This document shows, piece by piece, positions 25,474 through 39,800 of a stretch of 64,000 nucleotides of DNA. A program made the translations under genes and the position numbers. Within the stretch, counting starts at the first letter, position 1; every line of letters begins with the position of its first letter. Source of the DNA: Eledone cirrhosa (Eukaryota); assembly GCA_964016885.1 (NCBI GenBank), contig OZ024740.1:36022001-36086000 (forward strand), in the 5' to 3' direction. The notes beneath the pieces were generated by a model. That model saw only the letters and a list, made by a program, of their open reading frames with translations, was not told the origin of the DNA and did not search any database.

Positions 25474-27206
25474 TAACTTTGAATAACTTTGAAATGTTTT
25501 GGCCAGTATTGGCCCAGGCCATGTCTAACTTAATAGCACCACCTGGCGAAGTCTTTCAATTCAGGATTTGGGCACCATGGCCCATTCGAGAAGAGAATTA
25601 CTGTTTGCGGAGACATATCCGGGTGTGGGTGGTTTGTCCGGGATTACTTGGAGGAATTTGTCCAAAGACTTCTTGAATTTTGTGTGGTCAGTTTCTGTTT
25701 TGACGTGTCCTGGTGTGATGTTGAAGAGAGCAGGGCCGATTGAGGTGAAATAATTGTGCCGTATTGTTGTTATGAGTTGCGATTTAGATTTTTGAATGGG
25801 ACGGATAGCACGGGGCCCAAGCCTTGGGTGTATCTTGAAGGCGATGCCAACATCATTTGGGCAGTGATGATGGAACATTTTCCACATCATGCAGATAATA
25901 TAACGCTCACGGCGACGTTGGAGTGAGTAAAGTTTCAGGTTTTCCAATCGACCCCAGTAGTCAAGGTCTGACATGCCATCTATCTTTTTCGTGATTGCCC
26001 TTTGAGGAGCTTCAAGTTTCATGATACTTTGTTTCGTGTGGGGAGACCACAGTGGACAACAGTATTCAAGGTGTGGTCGGGCGAAAGTAGAGAAGAGAAG
26101 GATAATGGTGCGGGAATCTCTCGACTGGAAGGTTCTGAGGATCCAGGAACACATTCTGCGGGCCATGTCAACTTTGCTGCTTATATGCGTGGTCCAGCTT
26201 ATGTTGCTGTCCACGGTTACTCCCAAGTCTCTGATGTTGTTAGATGCCACGAGAGTTTCCCCGGAGGGAAGGGAGTACGGGAGTTTCAGAGCATCCTCTT
26301 TTCCAAAGTGGATCAGTTCGAATTTGTCTTCGTTCAGTAACATGTTGTTCTTTTCTGCCCATTGGGTAACAGCCAGTAGGTCTGACTGAAGGCTTATCCG
26401 GTCATCCACGCCATTGATGACCTTTTGGAGCTTGGAATCATCAGCGAAAATTTTAATGTTGCTGTGTTTGATGATGTCAGTGATGTCATTAATATAGATG
26501 ATGAAGAGAAGTGGGCCCAACACAGTGCCTTGTGGGACTCCACTACTGACTTTGGCTGGGCTTGATTTGACTCCCTCAACTACAACATGTTGGGTTCTGT
26601 TTGACAGGAAGCTCTTGATCCACTGCAGCAGCTTTCCAGTGACACCAATATTGGACAGCTTTCTCAGTAGAATGTTATGATCAACCCTGTCAAAGGCCTT
26701 GCTGAAATCAAGGTAGATAACATCAGTGTTGGAACCCTCTCCCAAGGCTCTCAAAATGTCATCAAAGTGATGCAGTAGTTGCGTCAGGCAATCCCTTCCA
26801 TTACGGAATCCATGCTGGTTGGAGTTCAGCATATTGTTACTCTCAAGGAAGTGGGTCATTCGCGATCTCACCACTCGCTCAAATACCTTAATGATATGAG
26901 AGGTGAGTGAGATTGGACGGTAATTCACGGCAAGGGATTTGTTTCCCTTTTTGAAAACTGGGACAACAGACTGGGATAGAAGGTTTTCTGGCACATATCC
27001 AGCATCCAGTGAGTTCCGCCACAGATTGGCAAGAGGAGAAGCAAGTTGGTGTTGACACGCCTTCAAGACACAAGCAGGGAACCTATCGGGACCTACTGCT
27101 GAATTATGCTTGATTTCCTTTATTGCCGCCAAGACATCAGGGGCGCCAAACGTTATGTCCGATAAGGTGTAATGGGGAGTTATTCAAGTAACGTTATTCA
27201 AAGTTA
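25474..27206 (-). mobile_element. 5'-truncated non-LTR retrotransposon (CR1/L2/Jockey-group LINE) inserted in (TA)n
   Basis: RT ORF, short 3' UTR and a tandem TTCAAAGTTA tail on the minus strand; TA tracts on both sides. Confidence 0.9.
25561..27132 (-). CDS. LINE ORF2 fragment: reverse transcriptase and C-terminal region (no endonuclease)
   Basis: [72 protein letters not shown]. Frame stays open to ~27170 (TLSDITF), so the track start is not a true start. Confidence 0.92.
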   Translation of the reverse strand: MAAIKEIKHNSAVGPDRFPACVLKACQHQLASPLANLWRNSLDAGYVPENLLSQSVVPVFKKGNKSLAVNYRPISLTSHIIKVFERVVRSRMTHFLESNNMLNSNQHGFRNGRDCLTQLLHHFDDILRALGEGSNTDVIYLDFSKAFDRVDHNILLRKLSNIGVTGKLLQWIKSFLSNRTQHVVVEGVKSSPAKVSSGVPQGTVLGPLLFIIYINDITDIIKHSNIKIFADDSKLQKVINGVDDRISLQSDLLAVTQWAEKNNMLLNEDKFELIHFGKEDALKLPYSLPSGETLVASNNIRDLGVTVDSNISWTTHISSKVDMARRMCSWILRTFQSRDSRTIILLFSTFARPHLEYCCPLWSPHTKQSIMKLEAPQRAITKKIDGMSDLDYWGRLENLKLYSLQRRRERYIICMMWKMFHHHCPNDVGIAFKIHPRLGPRAIRPIQKSKSQLITTIRHNYFTSIGPALFNITPGHVKTETDHTKFKKSLDKFLQVIPDKPPTPGYVSANSNSLLEWAMVPKS

Positions 27207-28747
<1,541 letters not shown>

Positions 28748-28879
28748 GCCTGCCCGCCCAGCCAGTGGGATGGTGTTATCTTATGCCTAAAACAGCACGA
28801 CGTGCTGTGGCCAACGGCGCCGATTGGCGCGCGACAGACTGGTCGGTCAAGGTGATCAATGTGATATATATATATATGT

Positions 28880-29837
28880 ATATATATAACCCTATCAGCT
28901 GGTATATATATAACCCTATCAGCTGGTATATATAACCTTATCAGCTGGTATATATAGCCATATCAGCTGGTATATATATAACCTTATCAGCTGGTATATA
29001 TAGCCATATCAGCTGGTATATATATAACCTTATCAGCTGGTATATATAGCCATATCAGCTGGTATATATATAACCCTATCAGCTTGTATATATAACCCTA
29101 TCAGCTGGTATATATATAACCCTATCAGCTGGTATATATAACCCTATCAGCTGGTATATATAACACTATCAGCTGGTATATATAACCCTATCAGCTGGTA
29201 TATATAACCTTATCAGCTGGTATATATAGCCATATCACCTGGTATATATAACCCTATCAGCTGGTATATATAACCCTATCAGCTTGTATATATAACCCTA
29301 TCAGCTTGTATATATAACCCTATCAGCTGGTATATATATAACCCTATCAGCTGGTATATATAACCCTATCAGCTTGTATATATAACCCTATCAGCTGGTA
29401 TATATAATCCTATCAGCTGGTATATATAACATTATCAGCTGGTATATATATAACCCTATCAGCTGGTATATATAACCCTATCAGCTGGTATATAATACCC
29501 TATCAGCTGGTATATATAATCCTATCAGCTTGTATATATAACCCTATCAGCTGGTATATATATAACCCTATCAGCTGGTATATATAACCCTATCAGCTGG
29601 TATATATAACACTATCAGCTGCTATATATAACCCTATCAGCTGGTATATATAATCCTATCCGCTTGTATATATAACCTTATCAGCTTGTATATATAACCT
29701 TATCAGCTGGTATATATAACCCTATCAGCTGGTATATATATAACCCTATCAGCTGGTATATATAACCTTATCAGCTGGTATATATAACCCTCTCAGCTGG
29801 TATATATAACCCTCTCAGCTGGTATATATAACCCTAT
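28880..29837. repeat. 22-24 bp minisatellite TATATATAACCCTATCAGCTGG (~40 copies)
   Basis: Direct reading; length varies by TA slippage. Confidence 0.95.
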
Positions 29838-30835
29838 TTACTGACACCGAAGTAACATAATTCGTTGTTTCCGCGAATGTCTACTCTTCCCCAAACATTA
29901 TAACCCCTATTCCCACAACATGACAGTGGGAGTTTGGCTCTTCCGTGTGCTCCCCTCTTCTTTCTCTCATCCCCGACCCGACACATATCTCCCTATTTCT
30001 CGCTCTACCTTTACTGTCTTATAGCATCAATATCATAATCGCATGTCTGCAGCCATTTTCAGCGTCTCTACACCTCCTACCCAGCAACAGTGTTGAGAGG
30101 TCCCTGCCAACAATACCTATTATCGACTTCTCAATATTTCCTCCAGAGTTGTCTACAAATGTTTATTGTAGTATGAAAGTACGGTAGTCCAGAGGTAGTT
30201 AGATTTACTGTAGTCTTGAGGTGTTTATTGTAGCATGCCAGGTACGTGCTAATGGATCTCACAATTCTAGTTTTCAACATTTTCCCTACTGTGTTGTAGA
30301 AATATTTTTGCAAGTGAATGTACAATCAGAGATTGGTCAAATATTAAGTAAAGTTTTCACATGAAAATATGTTGTGGCATATGTTAAATGTATATCATCG
30401 TAAATAACAAGATAATAACAAAATAAAACAGTTCGTTTTAACATGTATCAAATTTAATCGGTGACATGAATAATCATAAGTGTGGATTACTTGTTTGTAA
30501 GTTAATAATTGTATTGATTACATTTTTCAGTTTGTAAACAGTGTATGGTGGCTGGAAGAAGTTGTAGAAAAAAACTGTCCGGGGCAGAATATTGTAAAGA
30601 ATATTGTAAAGAAATCAGAAAAAGATATCGAGTTAAAAGAAAATGATTCGTTTCTTTCTTCTGTGCGTTAACAGACTCACATCACCCCATACTCTAACAA
30701 TTGTATAAACATATAGATTTGGAATTTAAACCAAAATTGTTTTATCTGCAAACATTAGATCAACTGCTTGCCTATTATGATAAACGATATCACTTTGACG
30801 TAGAGTTTATTATACCATTCTAAAGATTGATGCAG

Positions 30836-33800
30836 AGTTTATATCAGGGATAGCGAGTGGAGTAGTGTTTATATCAGGGATAGAGAGTGGTGTGGTGGTT
30901 ATATCAGGGATAGACAGTGGTGTGGTGGTTATATCAGGGATAGAGAGTGGCGTACTGTTTATATGAGGGATAGAGAGTGGTGTGGTGTTTATATCAGGGA
31001 TAGAGAGTGGTGTGGTGGTTATATCAGGGATAGAGAGTGGCGTAAAGTTTATATAAGGGATAGAGAGTGGTGTGGTGTTTATATCAGAGATAGAGAGTGG
31101 TGTGGTGGTTATATCAGAGATAGAGAGTGGTGTAGTGTTTATATCAGGGATAGAGAGTGGTGTGGTGGTTATATCAGGGATAGAGAGTGGTGTAGTGTTT
31201 ATATCAGGGATAGAGAGTGGTGTAGTGTTTATATCAGAGATAGAGAGTGGTGTAGTGTTTATATCAGGGATAGAGAGTGGTGTGGTGGTTATATCAGGGA
31301 TAGAGAGTGGTGTAGTGTTTATATCAGGGATAGAGAGTGGTGTGGTGGTTATATCAGGGATAGAGAGTGGTGTAGTGTTTATATCAGGGATAGAGAGTGG
31401 TGTGGTGATTATATCAGGGATAGAGAGTGGTGTAGTGTTTATATCAGGGATAGAGAGTGGTGTGGTGGTTATATCAGGGATAGAGAGTGGTGTAGTGTTT
31501 ATATCAGGGATAGAGAGTGGTGTAGTGTTTATATCAGGGATAGAGAGTGGTGTAGTGTTTATATCAGGAGTAAAGAGTGGTGTAGTGTTAATATCAGGGA
31601 TAGAGAGTGGTGTAGTGTTTATATCAAGAGTAAAGAGTGATGTGGTGGTTATATCAGGGATGGAGAGTGATGTAGTGTTTATATCAGGGATAGAGAGTGA
31701 TGTAGTGTTTATATCAGGAGTAAAGAGTGGTGTAGTGTTTATATCAGGAGTAAAGAGTGGTGTAGTGTTTATATCAGGGATGGAGAGTGATGTAGTGTTA
31801 ATATCAGTGATAGAGAGTGGTGTAGTGTTAATATCAGTGATAGAGAGTGGTGTAGTGTTTATATCAGTGATAGAGAGTGGTGTAGTGTTTATATCAGTGA
31901 TAGAGAGTGGTGTAGTGTTTATATCAGGAGTAAAGAGTGGTGTAGTGTTAATATCAGGGATAGAGAGTGGTGTAGTGTTTATATCAGGGATAGAGAGTGA
32001 TGTAGTGTTTATATCAGGGATAGAGAGTGATGTAGTGTTTATATCAGGAATAGAGAGTGGTGTAGTGTTAATATCAGTGATAGAGAGTGGTGTAGTGTTT
32101 ATATCAGTGATAGAGAGTGGTGTAGTGTTTATATCAGGAGTAAAGAGTGGTGTAGTGTTAATATCAGGGATAGAGAGTGGTGTAGTGTTTATATAAGGGA
32201 TAGAGAGTGGTGTAGTGTTTATATCAGTGATAGAGAGTGATGTAGTGTTTATATCAGGGATAGAGAGTGATGTAGTGTTTATATCAGGAATAGAGAGTGG
32301 TGTAGTGTTAATATCAGTGATAGAGAGTGGTGTAGTGTTTATATCAGTGATAGAGAGTGGTGTAGTGTTTATATCAGGAGAAAAGAGTGGTGTAGTGTTA
32401 ATATCAGGGATAGAGAGTGGTGTAGTGTTTATATAAGGGATAGAGAGTGGTGTAGTGTTTATATCAGGGATAGAGAGTGGTGTAGTGTTTATATCAGGAA
32501 GAGAGAGTGGTGTAGTGTTTATATCAGGGATAGAGAGTGGTGTAGTGTTTATATCAGGAGTAAAGAGTGGAGTAGTGTTTATATCAGGAATAGAGAGTGA
32601 TGTAGTGTTTATATCAGGAAGAGAGAGTGGTGTAGTGTTTATATCAGGGATAAAGAGTAGTGTAGTGTTTATATCAGGGATAGAGAGTGGTGTAGTGTTT
32701 ATATCAGGAGTAAAGAGTGGTGTAGTGATTATATCAGGGATAGAGAGTGGTGTAGTGTTAATATCAGAATAGAGAGTGGTGTAGTGTTTATATCAGGGAT
32801 AGAGAGTGGTGGTGTAGTGTTTATATCAGTGATAGAGAGTGATGTAGTGTTTATATCGGTGATAGAGAGTGGTGTAGTGTTTATATCAGGGATAGAGAGT
32901 GGTGGTGTAGTGTTTATATCAGTGATAGAAAGTGGTGTAGTGTTAATATCAGTGATAGAGAGTGGTGTAGTGTTTATATCAGGGATAGAGAGTGGTGTAG
33001 TGTTTATATCAGGAGTAAAGAGTGGTGTAGTGTTTATATCAGTGATAGAGAGTGGTGTAGTGTTTATATCAGGGATAGAGAGTGGTGTAGTGTTTATATC
33101 AGTGATAGAGAGTGGTGGTGTAGTGTTTATGTCAGGGATAGAGAGTGGTGTGGTGTTTATATCAGGGATAGAGAGTGGTGTAGTGTTTATATCAGGAGTA
33201 AAGAGTGGTGTAGTGTTTATATCAGGGATAGAGAGTGGTGTAGTGTTTATATCAGGGATAGAGAGTGGTGGTGTAGTGTTTATATCAGTGATAGAGAGTG
33301 GTGTAGTGTTTATATCAGGGATAGAGAGTGGTGTAGTGTTTATGTCAGGGATAGAGAGTGGTGTGGTGTTTATATCAGGGATAGAGAGTGGTGTAGTGTT
33401 TATATCAGGAGTAAAGAGTGGTGTAGTGTTTATATCAGGGATAGAGAGTGGTGTAGTGTTTATATCAGGGATAGAGAGTGGTGGTGTAGTGTTTATATCA
33501 GTGATAGAAAGTGGTGTAGTGTTAATATCAGTGATAGAGAGTGGTGTAGTGTTTATATCAGGGATAGAGAGTGGTGTAGTGTTTATATCAGGAGTAAAGA
33601 GTGGTGTAGTGTTTATATCAGTGATAGAGAGTGGTGTAGTGTTTATATCAGGGATAGAGAGTGGTGTAGTGTTTATATCAGTGATAGAGAGTGGTGGTGT
33701 AGTGTTTATATCAGGGATAGAGAGTGGTGTAGTGTTTATATCAAGGATCGAGAGTGGTGTAGTGTTCATATCAGGGATAGAGAGTGGTGTAGTGTTTATA

Positions 33801-36800
33801 TCAGGGATAGAGAGTAGTGTAGTGTTTATATCAGGAGTAAAGAGTGGTGTAGTGTTTATATCAGGGATAGAGAGTGATGTGGTCTTCATATCAGGGATAG
33901 AGAGTGGTGTAGTGTTTATATCAGGGATAGAGAGTAGTGTAGTGTTTATATCAGGAGTAAAGAGTGGTGTAGTGTTTATATCAGGGATAGAGAGTGATGT
34001 AGTGTTTATATCACGAATAGAGAGTAATGTAGTGTTTATATCAGGGATAGAGAGTAGTGTAGTGTTTATATAGTGATAAAAAGTGGTGTAGTGTTTATAT
34101 CAGGGATAGAAAGTAGTGTAGTGTTTATATCAGGAGTAAAGTGTGGTGTAGTGTTTATATCAGGGATAGAGAGTGATGTAGTGTTTATATCAGGAATAGA
34201 GAGTGGTGTAGTGTTTATATCAGGGATAGAGAGCTGTATAGTATTTATATCAGGGATAGAGAGTGATGTAGTGCCTATATCAGGAGTAAAGAATGATATA
34301 GTGTTTATATCAGCAATAGAGAGCGGTGTAGTGTTTATATCAGGGATGGAGAGTGATGTAGTGTTTATATCAGGAATAAAGAGTGGTGTAGTGTTTATTT
34401 CAGGAAAAGAGAGTGATGTCAAGTTTATATCAGGGATAGAGAGTTATGTGGACTTTATATCAGGAATAGAGAGTGGTGTAGCGTTTATATAAAGGATAGA
34501 GGGTGGTGTAGTGTTTATATCGGGAATAGAGTGTGGTGTCGCGTTTATATCAAGGATAGAGAGTGGTGTAGTGTTTATATCAGGAACAAAGAGTGGTGTA
34601 GTGTGTATATCAGGAATAAAGAGTGGTGTAGTGTTTATATCAGTGATAGAGAGTAGTGTAGTGTTTATATCAGGGATAGAGAGTAGTGTAGTGTTTATAT
34701 AGTAATAGAAAGTGGTGTAGTGTTTATATCAGGGATAGAGAGTGGTGTAGTGTTTATATCAGAGATAGAGAGTGATCTAGTGTATATATATGGAATAGAG
34801 AGCGGTGTAGTATTTATATCACGGATAGAGAGTTGTGTCGTGTTTATATCAGGGATGGAGAGTGGTGTAGTGTTTATATCAGGAATAAAGAGTGGTGTAG
34901 TGTTTATATCAGAATAGAGAGTGGTGTAGCGTTTATATCAGGGATAGAGAGTGGTGTAGTGTGTGTATCATGGATAGAGAGTGATGTAGTGTCTATATCA
35001 GGGATAGAGAGGGATGTAGTGTTTATATCAGGGATAGAGAGTGGTGTAGTGTTAATATCAGTGATAGAGAGTGATGTAGTGTTTATATCAGGGATAGAGA
35101 ATGATATAGTGTTTATATCATGAATAAAGAGGATTGTTGTATATATATTAGAGATAGAGAGTAATCTAGTGTTTTATCAGGAATAGAGAGCGGTGTAGTG
35201 TTTATATCAGGGATAGAGAGTAGTATAGTGTTTATATCAGGGATAGAGAGTTGTGTAGTGTTTATATAGTGATAGAAAGTGTTGTAGTGTTTATATCAGG
35301 GATACAGAGTAGTGTAGTGATTATATCATGAGTAAAGAGAGGTGTAGTGTTTATATCAGGGATAGAGAGCGGTGTAGTGTTTATATCAGGGATAGAGAGT
35401 GATGTAGTGTTTATATCAGGGATGGAGAATGATGTAGTGCTTATATCAGGAATAAAGAGTGGTGTCGTGTTTATATCAGGAATAAAGAGTGGTGTAGTGT
35501 TTATATCAGTGATAGAGAGTAGTGTAGTGTTTATATCAGGGATAGAGAGTAGTGTAGTGTTTATATAGTGATAGAAAGTGGTGTAGTGTTTATATCAGGG
35601 ATAGAGAGTGGTGTAGCGTTTATATCAGGGATAGAGAGTGATCTAGTGTTTATATATGGAATAGAGAGCGGTGTAGTGTTTATATCAGGGATAGAGAGTG
35701 GTGTAGTGTTTATATCAGGGATGGAGAGTGATGTAGTGTTTATATCAGGAATAAAGAGTGGTGTAGTGTTTATATCAGGAATAAAGAGTGGTGTAGTGTT
35801 TATATCAAAGATAGAGAATGGTGTAGTGTTTATATCAGGAAGAGAGAGTGGTGTAGTGTTTATATCAGAATAGAGAGTGGTGTAGTGTTTATATCAGAAT
35901 AGAGAGTGGTGTAGCGTTTATTTCAGGGATAGAGAGTGGTGTAGTGTGTGTATCAGGGATAGAGAGTGGTGTAGTGTCTATATCAGGGATAGAGAGGGAT
36001 GTAGTGTTTATCTCAGGAGTTAAGAGTGATGTAGTGTTTATAACAGGGATAGAGAGTGATGTAATGTTTATATCAGGGATAGAGAGTGGTGTAGAGATTA
36101 TATCAGGGATAGAGAGTGATGTAGTGTTTATATCAGAAGTAAATAGTGGTGTAGTTTTTATATCAGGAGTAAAGAGTGGTGTAGTGTTTATATCAAGGAT
36201 AGAGAGTGGTGTTGTGTGTATATATCAGTAACAGAGTATGGTGTAGTGTTTATATCAGGGATAGGGAGTGGTGTAGTGTTTATATCAGGTATAGAGAGTG
36301 GTGTAGCTTTTATATCATGAATAGAGAGTTGTGTAGTGTTTATATCAGGGGAGTAAAGTGTGGTATAGGGTTTGTATCAGGGATAGAGAGTGATGTAGTG
36401 TTTATATCAGGAAGGGAGAGTGGTGTAGTGTTTTTCTCAGCAGTAAAGAGAGGCGTAGTGTTTATATCAGGAATGAAGAGTGTTGTAGTGTTTATATCAG
36501 GGATAGAGAGTGGTGTAGTGTTTATATCAGGAATAGAGAGTGATGTAGTGTTTATATCTGGGATAGAGAGGGGTGTGGTGTTTATATCAGTAGTAAAGAG
36601 TGGTGTCGTTTTTATATCAGAGATAGAGAGTGGTGTAGTGTTCATATCAGGGATAGAGAGTGGTGTAGTGTTCATATCAGGAGTCATGAGTGATGTAGAA
36701 TTTATATCAGGGGTAGAGAGTGGTGTCATGTTTATATCAGGGATAGAGAGTGATGTAGTGTTTATATCAGGATTAGAGATTGATGTAGTGTTTATATCAG

Positions 36801-39800
36801 GGATAGGGAGAAGGGTGTAGTGTTTATATCAGGGATAGAGAGTCGTGTTGTGTGTATATATCAGTAAAAGAGAGTGTTGTAGTGTTTATATCAGGAGTAA
36901 AGAGTGGTGTAGTGTTTATATCAGCGATAGAGTGTGGTGTAGTGTTTATATCAGGGATAGAGAGTGGTGTAGTGTTTATATCAGGAATAGAGAGTGATGT
37001 CATGTTTATATCGGGGTTAGAGAGTGATGTTGTATTTATATCAGCGATAGAGAGTGGTGTAGTGTTTATATCAGGAGTAAATTGTCGTGTAGTGATTATA
37101 TCAAGGATAAAGAGTGGTGTAGTGTTTACATCAGTAGTAAAGAGTGATGTAGTGTTTATATCAGGGATAGAGAGTGGTGTAATGTTCATATCAGTGATGG
37201 AGAGTGATGTGGTCTTTATATAAGGGATAGAGAGTAGGGTAGTGTTTATATCAAGGATAAAGTGTGGTGTAGTGTTTACATCAGTAGTAAAGAGTGATGT
37301 AGTGTTTATATCAGGGATAGAGAGTGGTGTAATGTTCATATCAGGGATGGAGAGTGATGTGGTCTTTATATAAGGGATAGAGAGTAGGGTAGTGTTTATA
37401 TCAAGGATAAAGTGTGGTGTAGTGTTTACATCAGGGGTAAAGAGTGATGTAGTGTTTATATCAGGGATACAGAGTGACATAGTGTTTATATCAGGGATAG
37501 AGAGTGATGTAGTGTTTATATCAGGGATAGAGAGTGGTGTAGTGTTTATATCAGGAATAAAGAGTGGTGTAGTGTTTATATCAGGAAGAACGAGAGGTCT
37601 AGTGTTTATATCAGGGATAGAGAGTGGTGTAGTGTTTATATCAGGGATAGAGAGTGGTGTAGTGTTTATATCAGGAATAAAGAGTGGTGTAGTGTTTATA
37701 TAAAGAGTAACGAGAGGTGTAGTGTTTATATCAGGAATGGAGAGTGATGAAGTTTTATATCAGGGATAGAGAGTGGTGTAGTGATTATATCACGGAAAGA
37801 GAGTGATGTAGTTTTTATATCAGAAGTAAACAGTGATGTAGTGTTTATATCAGGAGGAAAGAGTGGTGTAGTTTCTATATCAGGAGTAAAGAGTGGTGTA
37901 GTGTTTATATCAGGCATAAAGAGTCATGTAGTGTTTATATCAAGGATAGAGAGTGGTGTTGTGTGTATATATCGGTAACAGGGAGTGGTGTAGTGTTTAT
38001 ATCAGGTATAGAGAGTGGTGTAGTATTTATATCAGGTATAGAGAGTGGTGTAGTATTTATATAAGGGATTGGGAGTGGTGTAGTGTTTATATCAGGAATA
38101 AAGAGTGGTGTAGTTTTTATATCAGGAATAAAGAGTGGTGTAGTGTTTATATCATGGATAGATAATGGTTTAGCGTTTATATCATGAATAGAGAGTGGTG
38201 TAGTGTTTATATCAGGGAAGTAAAGGATGGTATAGTGTTTGTATCAGGGATAGAGAGTGATGTAGTGTTTATATCAGGAAGAGAGAGTGGTGTAGTGTTT
38301 TTCTCAGCAATAAAGAGAGGCGTAGTGTTTATATCAGGAATGAAGAGTATTGTAGTGTTTATATAAAGAGTAACGAGAGGTGTAGTGTTTATATCAGGAA
38401 TGGAGAGCGGTGTAATGTTTATATCAGGGATAGAAAGTGGTGTAGTGTCTATATCAGGGATAGAGAGTGGTGTCGTGTTTATATCAGGGATAGAGAGTGA
38501 TGTAGTGTTTATATCAGGATTAGAGATTGATGTAGTGTTTATATCAGGGATAGAGAGTGGTGTAGTGTTTATATCAGGGATAGGTAGTGATGTAGTGTTT
38601 ATATCAGGGATAGAGAGTGGTGTAGTGTTTATATCAGGGATCGAGAGTGGTGTAGTGTTTATATCAGGTATAGAGAGTGGTGTAGTGTTTATATCAGGGA
38701 TAGAGAGTGATGTAGTGTTTATATCAGGATTAGAGATTGATGTAGTGTTTATATCAGGCATAGAGAGTGATGTAGTGTTTATATCAGGGATAGAGAGTGG
38801 TGTAGTGTTTATATTAGGAATAGAGAGTGTTGTAGTGTTTATATCAGGCAGTAGAGAGTGGTGTAGTGTTTATATCAGGCATAGAGAGTGGTGTAGTGTT
38901 TATATCAGGGATAGAGAGTGGTGTAGTGTTTATATCAGGGATAGAGAGTGATGTAGTGTTTATATCAGGATTAGAGATTGATGTAGTGTTTATATCAGGC
39001 ATAGAGAGTGATGTAGTGTTTATATCAGGGATAGAGAGTGGTGTAGTGTTTATATTAGGAATAGAGAGTATTGTAGTGTTTATATCAGGTATAGAGAGTG
39101 GTGTAGTGTTTATATCAGGCATAGAGAGTGGTGTAGTGTTTATATCAGGGATAGGTAGTGATGTAGTGTTTATATCAGGGATAGAGAGTGGTGTAGTGTT
39201 TATATTAGGAATAGAGAGTGTTGTAGTGTTTATATCAGGTATAGAGAGTGGTGTAGTGTTTATATCAGGGTTAGAGAGTGATGTGGTCTTTATATCAGGG
39301 ATAGATAGTGGTGTAGCGTTTATATCATGAATAGAGCGTGGTGTAGTGTTTATATCAGGGGAATAAAGTGTGGTATAGTGTTTGTATCAGGGATAGAGAG
39401 TGATGTAGTGTTTATATCAGGAATGAAGAGTGTTGTAGTGTTTATATCAGGGATAGAGTGTGGTGTAGTGTTTATATCAGGGATGGAGAGTGGTGTAGTG
39501 TTTATATCAGGAATGGAGAGTGGTGTAGTGTTTATATCAGGAATAAAGCGTGGTGTAGTGTTTATATCAGGAATAAAGAGTGGTGTAGTGTTTATATCAA
39601 AGATAGAGAGTGGTGTAGTGTTTATATCAGAATAGAGAGTGGTGTAGTGTTTATATCAGGGATAGAGAGTGATGTAGTGTTTATATCAGGGATAGCCACT
39701 GGTGTAGTGTTTATATCAGGAGTAGAGAGTACTGTAGCGTTTATATCAGGGTTAGAGAGTGGTGTAGTGTGTGTATCAGGGATAGAGAGTGGTGTAGTGT

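Noticed and set aside
29860-30325. Possible degraded LINE 3' fragment
   Set aside because: Only faint motif resemblance across broken frames; not supportable without a search.
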